64,000 nucleotides of DNA from contig OZ199838.1 of assembly GCA_964304625.1 (NCBI GenBank), forward strand, positions 729,059 to 793,058, given 5' to 3'. Every line of letters starts with the position of its first letter. The stretch's first letter is position 1. This document shows positions 1 through 15,056 of the stretch, one piece after another. Made by a program: the position numbers and the translations under genes. Source of the DNA: Kudoa neothunni (lineage: Eukaryota > Animalia > Cnidaria). The notes beneath the pieces were generated by a model. It was not told the origin of the DNA, did no database searches, and worked only from the letters and a program-made list of their open reading frames with translations.

Positions 1-750
1 TTTTAAATTATCACCTTATGGGATAAAATATTTTCAGCACTTTAGTTTCCCATTGACAGATAAAATTTTCATATATACTTTCAACAGTTGAAATATCCAA
101 TCGTAGAAATTATTAATGAATATATATATAAGAAAGTATTTATGTTCAAAGCGATTATTATAATAAATTTTGATGAATTTTTTGTTAATCCCCTGCCATT
201 CAAACAATAACCTTACATCCAGATTAGGGGCTTAGAATCTAACTGCTGATAATGTTATTTCTGATTGCTTTATTTTTTTTATCACGTTGCAGCAGCTCCA
301 ATGATGATTTTATTGAAAAAACACTTTGTATGTTTAATTCTTTGTCAATATTTATTTGAATAGATTTTTAGCAAGCATTTTTATACGTTCATGATTATAC
401 ATTCTATATTAATGTTTTTCAATGCAGAGAAAAGATAGATTTGGTGAATCACGAACGCTGTAGCTTCGTAGCAAGCTCATTTTGCATAAATGAATATTTA
501 ACAGGTATTTCTTTCATTAAATTAATTTTATTTATTAGTTTATTAATTCCTAACAACAGGTTTTGAATATGCAAGTGTATTTGAGTTGGAGGATCTATGT
601 ATCCATGCCAATCTTACACATTTGTTTACAACAGCTAAAGTCGTTTTCAATGTTGTAGTATGGAGTCACTACGTAGATCTACGGTATCTAGTTATATAAA
701 ATTCCTGATGTATCAATAAAAAAATTAACTTTAAGATTTCAATCCTTTTT
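1..750 (-). pseudogene. Degenerate CD39/NTPDase (GDA1_CD39)-like paralog, N-terminal part; runs off the window start
   Basis: Minus-strand exon chain with candidate introns 595-629, 404-452, 246-285 and a donor at 78. Reads FFIDTSG (ACR1-like), KEIPVKY (resembles ETPVYL before ACR2), HWSCCN (ACR3-like WxxxN) and IWM*GYCL (matches IFMDGTRL of the paralog at 16888). Several in-frame stops and frameshifts. Confidence 0.45.
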
Positions 751-3023
751 AATAACGGTTTTTTTTATATTTCATATTAATTATTATTAATATAATTTAA
801 TTTATAAAAAATTATCTTCGTAATAATCTTTCGAATTAAAATAACCAAAAGTTAAATTTAAGAACAATTCATTCCAACTTTCTTCGTTATATTATTTTAT
901 TTATAATTTTGAGGCAAATTAACCACGTTATTAACAACAGGATTAAATAATAGATTTAATTTATTATTAAATACTGATATATTCAGTGAAAAATTAAGTC
1001 TTATTGTCAAAGCATTATTTCATATATGATTTTAGAAACAAAATTGAGCTGTAAAATCAATTTATAATTATAAATTAAAATATTTAAATAATTATAAATA
1101 AGGTTGTGTGAATTCAGACATCAGTATATTATTAAAGGCTTGATCTTTGATGTTGGGTACGCAATTAAATATTTAATTAAATAAAAAAGGGATGCTCAAA
1201 TGTTTGTTCAAATTTACTCTCTCAGACTGACAAATAATCAAAATTTACCCCCATGACATGGAAGTTAAATTCATATTTATAATTTAGGCGGTGTTGACAT
1301 AACTTTATTCTCTCTGGCTCCTCCATATTCAAAAATATTAATTTATTTAATTAAAATTTTTAAAACATTAAAAATATGAAAAGATTGATCTTTTCTACTT
1401 TTTTCATTATAATTAAAATATATTCGACCATACCTAACTTAATTTATCAATAGATCTTAAAAATTAATATCTATAGTTCTTGATGCCGCCAAAAAACGGC
1501 ATCAAAAGATAGTCGTGGTAATCCAAACTTTATTAGGAAACATTATCATGTATATGTGACTAATAAACGGTAAATAAATAATATAAACACATAATTAATC
1601 AATTTTATAATAGGACTAATCTAAAATCGGTGATGTATGACTCTAAATGAGACAAATTTGAGATTCATACTATTCTGATTCTATTCGGATAGAGGATACG
1701 TTAAATATTGTTATTAAATTTTATGTATATATTTATTCTTTTTTGATGATGTTCATCGTCATTTAAAAATCACTGGTATCGAAAATCGCATATATTGTTT
1801 TTCAAAGTACATCATAGTGCCCAATTATCTCATCATTATCCGCAGCACGCCGATACCCAGGTTTTTTCCATGTTCCACCAGAAAGGTTCATTAATCGTTT
1901 AAAAATTTTCGCGATATACCAAAATTTTTTAACACTCTCTGGTGGGCCGAGGGTCCTATTTAAGGAGACATTGTCTTAAGGTTTTATACTGGTTTAGCTA
2001 TAGTAAAAGCTATTTGAGTTGTAAATTCTAGTCCTAAAAAGCACCGTACACTTGCATAACGACATTTTTTAATCCCAGCAGCTGTTGCTCACAAACTGTA
2101 TACAGATTTAAGTTTTTAGAAAGTTCTTAAATAAAATTATATCTTTCCCAATCCTTCGCTCTAAGGGACTAGTAATAATTAAAAATAATTAAATCTAATG
2201 ACACTTTAATATTATTTACCATGAAAATAATCATGAAAATATCATTATATTAGGCTATATGACTAAAAGTTAAATGTGACATAACAAAGAGACTGACATA
2301 ATTTAATAGACAACTATTTAAAAATTTATTCCAAAAAACATTTGAAGGATTTAATCCTAATTCTTGTAGCTTTTAATAGTTCTGAATAATATAGTTCCTT
2401 AGACTAGACACCGGAAGTTCGTCACAACCCCATAATTCGAAAATTCACCCTATCTAATTTTGATGTTATTTAATTTACACCTTCTCATATAAATTTTACC
2501 CCTGAATCAAAAGATAAGTTTTTCTATTAAATTATAGAACGGGTATTTTGTTCAATTCTTTTAAGATAATTAGTAAAACGATCATATTTTAAAAAATTTA
2601 ATTGGAAAACATTCATTTGGGTATATTAAAACTAATTTTTAAAATAAAAAATATCAAATATTAAAATAAGGTTTATATATTATCAACAAATCAAATGTAA
2701 CGCGAATGTTTAATAAAATGAACTATATATTTGATAGTTATAATATTAAAATATGATAATTTAATTTAATCCTAGAATTTGGCTAATTAATAAATAATTA
2801 TTTAATTCAATTATAAAATTTTAAATTTACTTACTAAAAACAAATCAGGTTGAAAATCTTAATTAATGCCATTATGCAATTTTTAATATTGAATTTAATA
2901 ATTAAAAAAATTTATTTATTTAATACCCTTATGTAAAACAAAAACATTTCATAATACAAATTTTAAAATGGTTGGAAGCTTTCACCCTTATTCATTGTGT
3001 ATAAATGAGATTTTCCATTATAG

Positions 3024-4651
3024 AAAATTGTTAAGTTACAGTTTTGTTCCACATAATAAAGGAATGTCTCGGAAATTTTACTACAAAAATTACACAAGTG
3101 ATGTTTACTACCACAATTTCAAAGATTACGATGAAGAGGATTATGTTTTTACCGAAGAAAAGTTCAAAGATAATGAGAACGTTGAAAAAGTACTTTTTGA
3201 TAAATAAATGCAATTGTACTTATGAAATACTTTTCTGTTTTTCGTTATATTCTTATTGTATATAAATAAAATCAATTTTGCCAAGTATAATTAACTAAAG
3301 ATTTTAAAATATTGATGAAATTCGTTTTAATAAGTTCAAATATAAAATTAAAGTTATTTTGATCTTTATTATATTTCTCTATTTGGTTATCGTACGATAT
3401 TATGTTTATATAATAATTTATTGAATAAATTATGTTTCTATAGTTTACTTATAATTAGCCACTAAGAATAAAAATGTACAACCGGAAAAATAATCAATAA
3501 CTATAATGTGATGATATAATTTGAAAGAAAATGATTTCATAAAATATATAGAGATTTTTTAATGTTTATACAAAAATATTGTTTGTCTAACCATAATTAC
3601 AATTATAGCGTGAAGTAGAGGACTACATTTATTTAAATTGGAAAACATTAAGAATGTCATATAAAACTAATTCATCATATCATGAAGATATGGAGTCATC
3701 CTTATACAAGTATGCAAGCAGAAATTTTGAAACATCTCAGTTTTCAAACCGTTCATTATATTACGGGCTTCAACAATCTAATGCGAAACCTAATTTTAAA
3801 TCGTATGACAGTAATTATTAATTTAATTGATGATAAAAACAACGATTTAAAGTATCAATATAATATATAATATATATATACATTAGGATGATCAAATTGA
3901 ATACACAAAGAAGGATCTTATGAATTGGGTTCCTTTTACATGCACAAGAAATATCGTTAGATATGAAATTAAGAAGAATTTTATAACGATAAATTATCTG
4001 AATTGGCTGGTCCCCACTACTACAGACCTAGAATTTTGATTCTACTCCAAATTATACTTTTGATGGTTGCTAAAAATAATTAATGAAGTGGTTTGAATCC
4101 TAACAAAAATTATGATACATATGTATCAATTAAGAATTTCGTGAACCAAAATTTTCCACCTATCATTCTAATAAAAAATAATGTAATTTTTTATGGTATT
4201 ATTTAAATAATGCCTAACTCAATATTTATTAGACCATTAAAATAGACAATTATGGATTAAAATTCGATAATTATCCTAAATGTATGAATATTTCACTTCT
4301 TAAAAAAAGTATTCAAAAAGAAATTGAAGAGAGAAATCTTGACTACATAGTAAATAAAATCAGAGTATCACCAGAATAGATTTAACGTTTATTATAGGAT
4401 ATTGTTCTCCCGAATTCATTTTTTCACCATTATTGAATATATAGATGATATTATATTCAAAAACGCAAAAATAAATCACGTTTCACATTTATTCAAATGG
4501 AACAGGTAGTAGAAAAATTATATAATTATTGTCATAATTAATTATATTACAGTTATGGTCTATAAGAGAGATATTTTGGTTTGTTCATCGTCAGTCAGAA
4601 CTATTTTATTCAAAACAACAAAAGATAAAGAATAAACGGAAAATCATCTAA
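3024..4651 (+). pseudogene. Degenerate CD39/NTPDase-like paralog (disrupted copy of the 16.0-18.0 kb gene)
   Basis: Exon-by-exon similarity to 16032-18038: YSFVPHNKG..R...YKN...DVYYH vs YGFVPDNIG..R...YKN...DVYYH; DYIYLN vs DYIFMD; DDQI..VPFTCT vs DDQI..VPFACT; PNYTFDGC* vs PNYTFDGCQ; FPPI; VHRQSE vs VLRQSSE. Has a CAA>TAA stop near 4071 and frameshifts near 3720 and 3970. Confidence 0.7.
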
Positions 4652-6479
4652 AATCCTTTAAAATTTCAGTAAATAACAAATAATAATCTAACAGTTTTTA
4701 ATAATTACTTAATCTCCTATGATAAGAAAATTATTTCAGAAGACGATAAATTAATAATATGACTGTGGTTAAAAATATAGTTAGAAATTATTTTTGTGAT
4801 TACATTGAATTTTACATTTCCCAAAATTTTGTTATTATTTTTTCTGTGTAGGTGAAAGAAACAAATCTGGTCAACTTATTCTTCATTATTGACATAGTAG
4901 AATTATTTTTGGGAGGATTATTAAATCAATCCTCACATATATATTTATATATATATATATATCATTTTGCTTTGGTTCGAATAATTTTGTAATAACACCC
5001 ATGTCATATTTACACATACAACATTAAAAATTTTTAAAATACGATTTTTTATGATTTAAAGTAACATAGATAACATCAGTTTTTAATAGCAGCCTCAATA
5101 ATCATTCTGAGTACTAACGAATTCATTATATGTTGAATATTTTGTGATGTAAGAGTGTGGTTTACTAAAACATCATGAATATTATTTTTATTTAAGGTTG
5201 TTTATGATATGATATGTAAAAAAGAAATTGAAAATTAAGAAGAAAATAACAGGCGGTAAATCAAGAAAAAATTTTCAACCTAACATGAAGAGACACATGG
5301 CACCTGCTGTTAGGTTGAATAAACACAGATTTTTCTTTTTTATCGATTACTTAATTTAACATTTAAATATTGTCACTTTTTTAATTTTATAAATATTCAA
5401 ATTTATTAATATCCATCGAAAAACCTTTAAAATAGACTTTGTATATTTAACAAGATAAACAATATTTTCCCTTAACCCTTTGACTCCCGAATTTAATTCA
5501 ATGACTGAACTACTTTTTTTGTTCATTATGCTAAAATATGAATAATTCTCAATTAAATATCTAAAAATTGAATAACTATATTCAAAAATTAAAAAGGTAC
5601 ACACATGGTGTCAAATAGCAACTTAGGGGCGTCGCTTATTTCAATTTGTAAGAATGCGCGTGAGTGGTCTTTTATGTTACTTTGTTTTTAACCAATTTTT
5701 ATTACTTTTCCGCCATCATAAATGAGATATTAAATTATTTATTATAATTCCAATAGTCGAAAAACTTTTTTTGTTTTTATTGAGGAAGAAATGGAAAATA
5801 CACTTAATGCAAATATGATCAAATAATCTATCATTGAAGAATCGGTTGAAATTGGTGAAAATTTCAAATATAATATCTTCAACTTGTTCAAGAATATCGG
5901 TTGTTTAATACCCTTGTTTATATAATTTTTCTCGTTCGATGTCTAATTTAAGCGATAATTACCAACGCCCTCATCACTAAACTTTATACGGATATAATAT
6001 AATCATATTGACTACAGTTAGTGACCACTAATTTGCGATCTTCTCGGTGCCGGTGGTAATTACGAATTAGACATAACTGACGTGTAATTCGTAATAGCTA
6101 CGTATGCATGTGTGACAAAAAAACCAATGAAAACTTTACATTATTTATTTAATTTTTATGACCTTCGAAAATTATCTGTTATTTTGGCTTGTATTTGAGT
6201 TGCTCAATATACTCAAACACATAAGACTATAGTCTAGTTTAACCAATTCATCACATACAGATTAACGAGCACCTTTCAAATATATTTTCATATTTTCGAA
6301 AAACATTTGAGCATTTTTAGAGAGGAATTTAAGATCATTCATTCTGAAATATTGCGTCATTTAGTTCAAACCGAAAAAAATAATAAAGCATTCCTTTGGC
6401 GCGCAAAAAATAATTGCTATAATGGAAATAATATTATTAAGAATTTTTGGGTTTCATCTGATGTATGTAAAACAATTTG

Positions 6480-6860
6480 TTTTAAAGAAAAATAGCCAGG
6501 TTTTTAATCACTTACTAAATGTTAATTCATAGAATTGTGCGGTCTCATTGACGGTGTATATTTGACCCTCCCTATAATTTTCATTTGTTTTAAAAAATTT
6601 GAGTGCTCCAATCCGTAATAATTCCGATGGATGCAGTGCTAGTCTAGCCTCGCCATTGAAACTGACTTTTTTTAAGATAAACCTATTTCTAAAGCCACGA
6701 AACAATCCATAACAAACATTTTTTAGATCTTCATTAGAAGCATCGATCTCATTTTTTTTATTAAATATTTCGTTAAAAATCGACCTCATCCAAACGAACT
6801 ACTCATACACGTTGATAAATGTCTCCATCTTTTCCTGTTCGCACTGATCTTCGTTTAACT
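6480..6860 (-). mobile_element. pogo/Tigger (CENP-B-like) DNA transposase remnant
   Basis: ORF 6508-6789 contains GLFRGFRNRF..VSFNGE and YREGQIYTVNETAQFY, matching the pogo pattern GW..F..R....l.GE...y...qI.N.DETgL.Y. Confidence 0.6.
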
Positions 6861-9344
6861 AAAAGCAAATGAATTTCAAATGCCTGTTTAATTTGAGCCC
6901 TATTAACTAAAATGCCATTTAAAGTTGATATATAACCTATTTCGAAGTGTTTAATAATTCCCGCCTTTCTATGTAACAGTGGAAAACTATCATAATATTA
7001 AATTATAGCATATTTCTCTTGAATCGTTATAAATATCTTAATCCTTTTTTCGGGCATTTAGAAATAATTGCGATTTATCGGTTATTAAACACATTTAAAA
7101 CATTTTGTTTCACCAAATAAAAAAATAATTCTTACATTTAATTAAGTATATATAATAAATGTTATTTCATAAATTTCACCGATGGATAAAGTTTTAAATC
7201 AATGTTACGAATGTACGGCCACCTTCTATATACGATATACAATCCGATTCCTCCCAAACGTCTGATTTGTCCGAAACTGATAATAGTATGATTTTTTAAA
7301 AGACCATTCGATTTATTTATTTCTCTATTCCAGTCAGAATCTATTCTAAGGAATATAAACATATTTCACTCGAGGACCAGACGCTGCCGTATGGCAGCGT
7401 TCGCATACCCAGGGGCTCAATTTTACCAAAGGGCATCCAAGGTTAATCTGTCCCTAAAGCACTTATGTCAAAATTATTTTCTTCTTAGATTCAAACTTTG
7501 AATAATCCTTTTAAATAGTATATGTGTATAATTGTAAATTCACTGAAACCCCAAAATTCCAAGTTCAATTTCTGGATACTTTTAGTCTTTTTTATACTTC
7601 CCCTAGAGTTAGATATTCCTTTGTGTTTCTCATGATATTATACAAATCAATTTTGAAAATTCATTTTTATTAAATTGAATAAACATTAACTATATTATTA
7701 CAATAAAAATAGATTTAAAAAATGTAATTTAATTGTTAAAATACTCACAAAATAAAAATGTTGCCATTTGGAAACTCTGGGCTTCAAACGGGTTAAATAT
7801 AATGTAGGCTTTTTTATATATTAAAATGCTAACCATTAAATTGTTTTTTATTAAATTTTTTTATAAACATTGTTTATTAATATTAGCTGATTTAAGTCCA
7901 TTATAATGAAAATTTATTTAGCTAAAAAAATAAACAAGACCAATAATTCATGATTTTTAATATCTAATAAACTTATTATAAAACTTAATTGTTTAAATTT
8001 TATAATAAAAAGTATTTAATTAAAATATCACTTTTGTTACACGAATAAATGGTACTAAAGTTATTCTGATGCTAAATAATATCTAACGGTATATTTTTTT
8101 GATTTTATTATTTATCGTTATAGATTTATATATTGCAAAAATTTTTGCTTCAAACTTATTAAGAATTTGAAAATTATAAATGCATTTTACGTTATAACTA
8201 CTGAAAAACTGTAACTCGAAGTTTTAGAGCATTTGATAATAATTCCATAATTGAAATTATTTTATTGATGGATATATTTATTAACTTAACACATAAAAAA
8301 TTATCTAATTAGATAATTCTATCTTTAATATAAAGTTACATCTTTTTTAATTTATAAATCTTTTGGAAATATATAAAAATTTTATACCCACGGAATATTT
8401 ATTTAGATATTTTATTTTTTAGGTAATCTATATTATACGTTGTCGTTAACTCGTTATTTTTATTATTTTTATATATTAATTTAATTATATAAATTTTCTT
8501 CACAAAATTTTTTCTATTTTGAATTAAGTCCTAATTTTATCAATCTAATATATTATTATTACTTTTGTAATCATACAATGATCATGTTTTATTAAATTAA
8601 TATATAATTTAACATATACATACATGCATTTTTGTAATGATTAAAATTAATCGTTTAAAACGATATTTATAGTTTTATATTATTATGGAAATATTCGGAA
8701 AATTCATTTGATAATTATATCCAAATATTAAAAAAATATTCGTTTTATCCTTTAAATTCCATTATTACTTTTACAGAGAGGGTTCTATTATATTTTTTGG
8801 TACGAACCTGCATCGAACATAAAGTATGGAATGAGTGATTCTGAAACGTTTACAATCAAGTTGTGATAATCGATCGTAGGACGATAATACATCTCTAAAA
8901 ACTGTGTATATAGTAATTATTTAATTCTAAATAATTTAAATCATCGTTTCAGAATTTCATTTTTTTAATAGAAGTATCGAAATATTTCAAGCGAACTTAA
9001 TTTTGCCATCCCATTCACATAGTACTAACACCAATATCTAAAAACCTTCAATATGTTTTCCATATTTTCTCATTCTAAAAAACTACTGTACTTAAAATGT
9101 GAATATATTAACCGTTTGCTATTCGATGAATTATCTAAAACATTGATCTCTTATGATTCATGCTGAACTCTATTCATTCGTTAAATTTCTATAAATATAA
9201 TAAGTCACAACGAAAAAAATATACTGATTAATTTTTTTATTGTTAGTGGAGAAAAACTTATTTGGTAAGTTTAAATTCCATATTAAAGCGAGAAACAAAA
9301 TAATTCAATCTTCCGTGAACCAAATGAAAACCGTTTCTCGTTAA

Positions 9345-10339
9345 CCCGCGAAGGACCGACATAAAAAAATTTCGCAAGAAACCAACTGGGGTCATTTGTG
9401 ACCCCAGGAGTTATTCATTTTTTCAAACAGCTACAATCATTGACTCCTTCTGGTTATTATAATTATTATGAATATCTATTAAAAATTGGGTGATAGGATT
9501 TCTACCGCTGCTGAGTTGTTATTAAATTCTTAAATCGTTCCATAAACAACCATAATCCATGTTAATTGTATATTAATGAATATAGTCTTAATTAGATAGA
9601 TACCATTATCTGGGAACATTTTCAAGGGGTGAACGATAATAGTAGAATATCTAATTGAGTATTAATGTGAATTTTAAGATTTTGTGGAAAGGAACCCACA
9701 CATTGATGATTACAATCTCCAGTGTTTCTCGATAATACGTATACACAACTGCAGATTATGATTTTATTTTAGTTTATTAAATAGGGCGCTCTTTCCCAAT
9801 TAACATGTAATTAATCAGATGTGGAGACTATACAACATATATTTAATAAAAATCAATATATTTTAAAGCTGATGACGGATTTGTTGTCTCCCTATTTTGA
9901 TTTAGAGTAGGAATTCGATGGATGCCTTCCTGCATTACATTGTTCGTTGAAAACTCTTCTAGAGGATAATATCCGGATAGTACCCATAGTTGAACGGAAT
10001 CTATCAGTATGAAATCACAAAATGGATACATTAAGCTTCTAATAACTCTCAAACATTTTTATTCAAAATTAATGTCATTACCTATCTTTATAATATTTAT
10101 TGTTTTAAGATAAATTTAAAATAACTACATTTAAAAGAAAAATCGAGAATATCACATACTAAAAGTAAAATATTTAAATCAATAAATGAACTCTTTTCTT
10201 CATAACTTTATAACCATCATTCACAGACTCTAATTATGGAATACCAAATTTATGAGCCATATCATTTACTCTAATACACGAAATAACGTCAAAAAATCGA
10301 TATTGGTATCAAAAATGACCTCAATTGGTTCGACGAAGG
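9345..10339. mobile_element. Non-autonomous piggyBac-like element
   Basis: Flanked by TTAA (9341-9344 and 10340-10343) with CC/GG ends; subterminal inverted repeat ACCAACTGGGGTCATTT / AAATGACCTCAATTGGT. Confidence 0.6.
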
Positions 10340-10779
10340 TTAAAGCAACTTTTCAAGAGGTTGATAAAAATAATTGTACATACCATATTAATAATTAATT
10401 TTAGGAAAAATTTATAAAATATTTAAACATCACGAAACAATTATTTGAAAAATTTAAATATTAAACTAGGGGTGCCAAATGAAAACATTGAGTTAAAATG
10501 ATTAGGATCGTATGGTACTGTGATTACGTCCTACAGATTTTATAGACTTAATTCGCTAAATTTAGTATTCAAAAATTAAATTAAATTCAATAACAGTAAG
10601 GAAACAATTTCATGCACTTGTATGCGAAAGAATTTCAGAAAAAAATTGACATATAGTTATGATTAATTTGCGCTTAAAAGGTCCAGTTATCCATATAATA
10701 AATTTTAAAGGATAATTAAAAAAACGAGAAACGCGTTAACAGCAAAAATCTAATTTCAACAATATATGAAATACTCCCC

Positions 10780-11110
10780 TTGTTGCTATTGATAGAATAA
10801 GGCAGTTTCGTCTACGTTGAAAATAAAACTTTTAGAGTATCTTTTAAAAAAATGTTTTGATTTTATTTATCCACTCTGAAATAGTTTCAGCCGTAGAATC
10901 AACAAATTAATTAATAATATTTGATTTTTAAATGTTGGCTTTTTTTTAAACAACAAAACCCTCCACGAATTGTGCATAACGGTAGAACCTTTTTCTTTGG
11001 CTAATTGATTTCTCTCGATGATTATCGTGGCAACGCTTACCACAATCTTTTTGCTTCATTTCCTCCCGAACCACTCGTATACATCTTCATCAACTGAATT
11101 AAATTATTCT
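10780..11110 (-). mobile_element. pogo/Tigger transposase remnant (CENP-B HTH region)
   Basis: Minus-strand VDEDVYEWF..*..IVVS...I, followed in another frame by FNVDETALFY; stops and frameshifts present. Confidence 0.5.
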
Positions 11111-12945
11111 GCATACAAATAATTTCTATTTTTAGATTCTAAATACATTTATATGTTTTGATTATGTTATTTTTCATCTATAGGATGCCATTAGGAGTCG
11201 AGATAATAAATATTTTATAACGTGATACAGTGGCAGTTTTGGAGTCATTAGATTGGAGACTTTCTTAGTAATAATAATATTGCCTTAACTGAATAATAAA
11301 CAAAAAGTACCCCAAATAAAGTGCGTCAAGTTGGACAATCATGTGAATTTTAGTTTCGTTATTTCGATACTTCTTAAAATAATTATTGTGAATATTTCGA
11401 TAGACATTATGAAGGTTACCTCCTTGCAATTTTTGGGTAATTATTGGCAACCATAACCAGTTTAATAAAGTGTCTTTCTGGTGACTTAGTACATATATAT
11501 TATAATAAACATAATATATAAACAATGACCAATCAATATTCTAAATAAATAAGTTTATAAAAAGTACGTGACATTGATTTCTTACTTTAGTAGTGTATTA
11601 TTTTACGTTATCTAATTATTTTATCAATTTATTGCAATATTAACACGATTCTAGGTTACTTACAATATATTTAATTAATGTTTTTGCCGGAAAAAAGGTA
11701 TATATTTAAAATTAATAATTGATAATTCTAATCTATTCACATATATTATTTTATATACCTTTCTAATATTATACCAATTTTAATTTGGTTCATAGTAAAA
11801 TTAAAATTATGATACAAAGTGTTTTAAAATTATTTCCTGTTTAGGTAAATTACAGGTTACTGTATATATATGAATATTTTTATGAAATTTATTTTTGGAA
11901 ACAATTTCAAAAATATTTTGGATACATTTGTTGCTTTTTCTCTTTCTTATTTATATGTTAATTGGGTAAATCGTGAGAGACTGTTCATCAGGATTTACAT
12001 ATAATAAATAATTTTTTTCAGTCAGTGGCCATTATAATAGAAGATTAGCAAACAATCCAAGTTAGTTCATTATCTTTAAAATTGAAGGGAAATCAAGAGT
12101 AATATGATTTAATTGATACATATATTTATTATATTAAAAAAATTGAAACGAATTTAATTAACATCAATTCAGTATTTATTTTCCATGATTTCTTATGTCA
12201 TTATTATTTTACAAGGATTAATGTGAACGTTTAAACCATAATTGACACTTATATGTGATAAAAAGTGCTAAGCAGTTACTGTATATCATATAGGATAAAA
12301 TTTGTGGTAAATATGTTGATTATTAAATTAAAGTAATCATTAACTATAAATTATTGTTGAACAAATACGGTCTAAGATTGATTTTCAAATTACAACAATT
12401 GTTAAATGTTTAAAATATTGCTTCTTATCTTTTTAAATGATCGATAACATACGGAGATTACTATCATTAGTGTGAGATATTACTCAAAGTATATACTTAC
12501 AATATAATCTATTTTCAGTGATTGAGGATGATGCTTTTTTAATCTTATTGATCCAAATTGTTTTTATATACAGTATATTAAGGACATAGCATTAATCATT
12601 GTAAAATTATTAATTAAATTTAAAATAGTGAAGGTATTATGACCATCTTATAATGTTAAAATAAATATTTCTGTGATGAAATATATTAAAAATACACTCG
12701 AAACCCCTTAAAAAACTATTCGATGATATCGGCATTTAAGATTAATAGGTTATTTATCTATTAGGTTTTCTATTTATATAATTTTTATTTATTACTTGGG
12801 AAACTAATTACTTCATAATGGAAAAAAGATAATATAAACGCATTAGATCATCCGATGTATTATTAATGATGAATATTGTCTTAATCTAATACCATCCAAA
12901 AAAGCTCTAATCACTAGTCTCAAAGTTGGATCTGAATTGAGGAAA

Positions 12946-13552
12946 ATGATATTTCTTATAATATTTATCATATTAACTCATAACATGCATAAAAATGATT
13001 GTTTTGATAGAGGACATATGGTATGACCGTTTTGAGTTCAAAAAAGGTATTAAGGTGTGTAGCAAATAGTGCTGAAGATTCAAGATGACTCAACCGATAT
13101 TTACATTTTCAAATGTAAACATCAGATGGAATTCATCACTCAAGACCGTTGCTCTTTGTTAAAATATGATCAGTGTAAAGACGATTCTTTTGAAGGTTAT
13201 CATAAAAATTATTCGCACAATAATTACTGGCTCAAATTAGATTACGAATCTAAGAATATTTTTCAAATGGAAGATCTATGTGTGAAACGATTGCTTGAAC
13301 TCAATACTTCGTTTTACGAAATATTCGTCAATGTAGTAATATCAGCACACTTAAAGAATACCGGGTATTTTTCTTTTCAACCTTTCAAACGCATCGACCA
13401 CATACTTGTTTTATTAATTAAATTTAATTTAATGTTCATGTTTAATCCTTACGCGACGGATAGTGTATTTTAGGAACGCCAATTATATTATTTTTGGAAA
13501 TCTCTATTTTTACATTTTTATTTTCTATATAGTTTTCCATGTAATGTTTTAA
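12946..13552 (+). CDS. Orphan secreted, probably GPI-anchored surface protein
   Basis: Exon 1 12946-13020 (MIFLIIFIILTHN.., signal-like); 42-nt phase-0 intron 13021-13062; Cys-containing exon; phase-2 intron ending at AG 13473 (donor 13365 or 13434); last exon NANYIIFGNLYFYIFIFYIVFHVMF* is a hydrophobic tail. Confidence 0.6.
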
Positions 13553-13648
13553 TATCAAATAAACTTTAAACTAAACTAACAAAATTATTTGCTTATGGAT
13601 ATAAAATAATAGACTACTTTTTCAAAACCGAACTAATAGTACTTAGTG

Positions 13649-15056
13649 CAGTGATTTCCTACAAATTTTACATCATTACCCCAATTCTAATTTTTGCGTT
13701 CACTTCGCACCCCTCCTCTATGTGATTGTCAGGAATCAATTATACTTTTTGTTTAAATGTGAAAATAATAATACCATTGAAAAATGTCTAAAAATTAAAA
13801 TTTTCATTATTTTAGTTAAAATTTTAACTTAATAATTTTCTCAATTACTTCTAAAATAAATTAAAACTAAAAAGTTTTGATTAACACAATTTGTTATGAA
13901 TAAATGGAAAAAGGATGAACACTATCATTTCACTACTCATGACTTAACACTCAATGATTGAAGCTATTATTCGTCCCTGCTTACATATACCATTTTTATG
14001 TAAAGTAATAAATAATTATTTTATTATAATTATTCCAAAATATTAGACCTAAAAAATAAATATACACGTAATTCTAAACTATAAAAAGTATGGTCGATCA
14101 AATAAGTTCTGCACTTAAAGGCGTAAATTAAATGAGCCAAATAAATATACCCATTTTGTATAGTTCATAATAAACATTATATCAAAATCAATTGCTATTT
14201 ATTATTTATTTAATCTGTCGGTTCCTTTGCTCTCGCTGGGTTTTCATAAGTAATTCGAAGCAGGGCATTTTGTTGGACTATGGAACTTGGAAATTGTTTT
14301 CGGAGTTTAATGTATTCCAATACTAATTATATGTATATAATGAAGTCGATAAGCTTGTTCCATATGCTATCCTGTTTTGAATAAATCTAGCAACTTTCAC
14401 ATAATACACTGAGTTATATGTTAACTTAAATTTTGAGTAAATAGGTTAATAAAAATTTAATAGATTCAAAAAATATGCTTTTTAAATATACTAGAATAAA
14501 TAACTAATATATATATATATATAGTTAAAATTGTCATTTATTTATTTATATGTATAAATGAATGCTTTGATCCTTGTTTAATCAATATTTTAAAGCACAG
14601 TTTATCTTAGATTTTAATCAGAGATAAGGAATAAATTTAAAAGTATAACTTAAAACGTAACATAATAAAAACTATAAAATTAAATGATGGGTCTCAAATT
14701 TAGACAGAAGACAAAGTTAAAATTACATAAAAATAGCGATTGTTAGATTTTGCAAGTTGAACAGGTTTAATATAAACTATTACCTTATTGCGCTATTTCG
14801 TAGAATTGAACGGATTAAATTATAAAATAAATAAATTATCATATCTCATTTTTGAATCGAAACTGATTGATATCAAAACAACCAGACGTATTATTGTACG
14901 CATTACCTCCTTACATGATTTAAACGGGGACTAACGAAAATTGCAAAGTGAATAAACTAAGATTATTTTTTTAATTTATTCTTGGATGAATCTGCACCTC
15001 CGATGATGGCTCTTCGCATCCTTAGGGGTGCAGGCACTCCCTGTGGGGAAATATTG
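13649..15056. mobile_element. Degenerate non-autonomous hAT-like element
   Basis: Ends CAGTGATTTCC / GGAAATATTG; 8-bp flanks ACTTAGTG and ATGTAGTG (6/8 match). Internal 14648-14726 recurs at about 51381-51458. Confidence 0.4.

Noticed and set aside
1-4651. Stop-codon reassignment (TAA/TAG as sense) suggested by in-frame stops in the NTPDase-like copies
   Set aside because: Intact genes here end in TAA, TAG or TGA and have no internal stops; the affected copies also carry frameshifts, so pseudogene decay suffices
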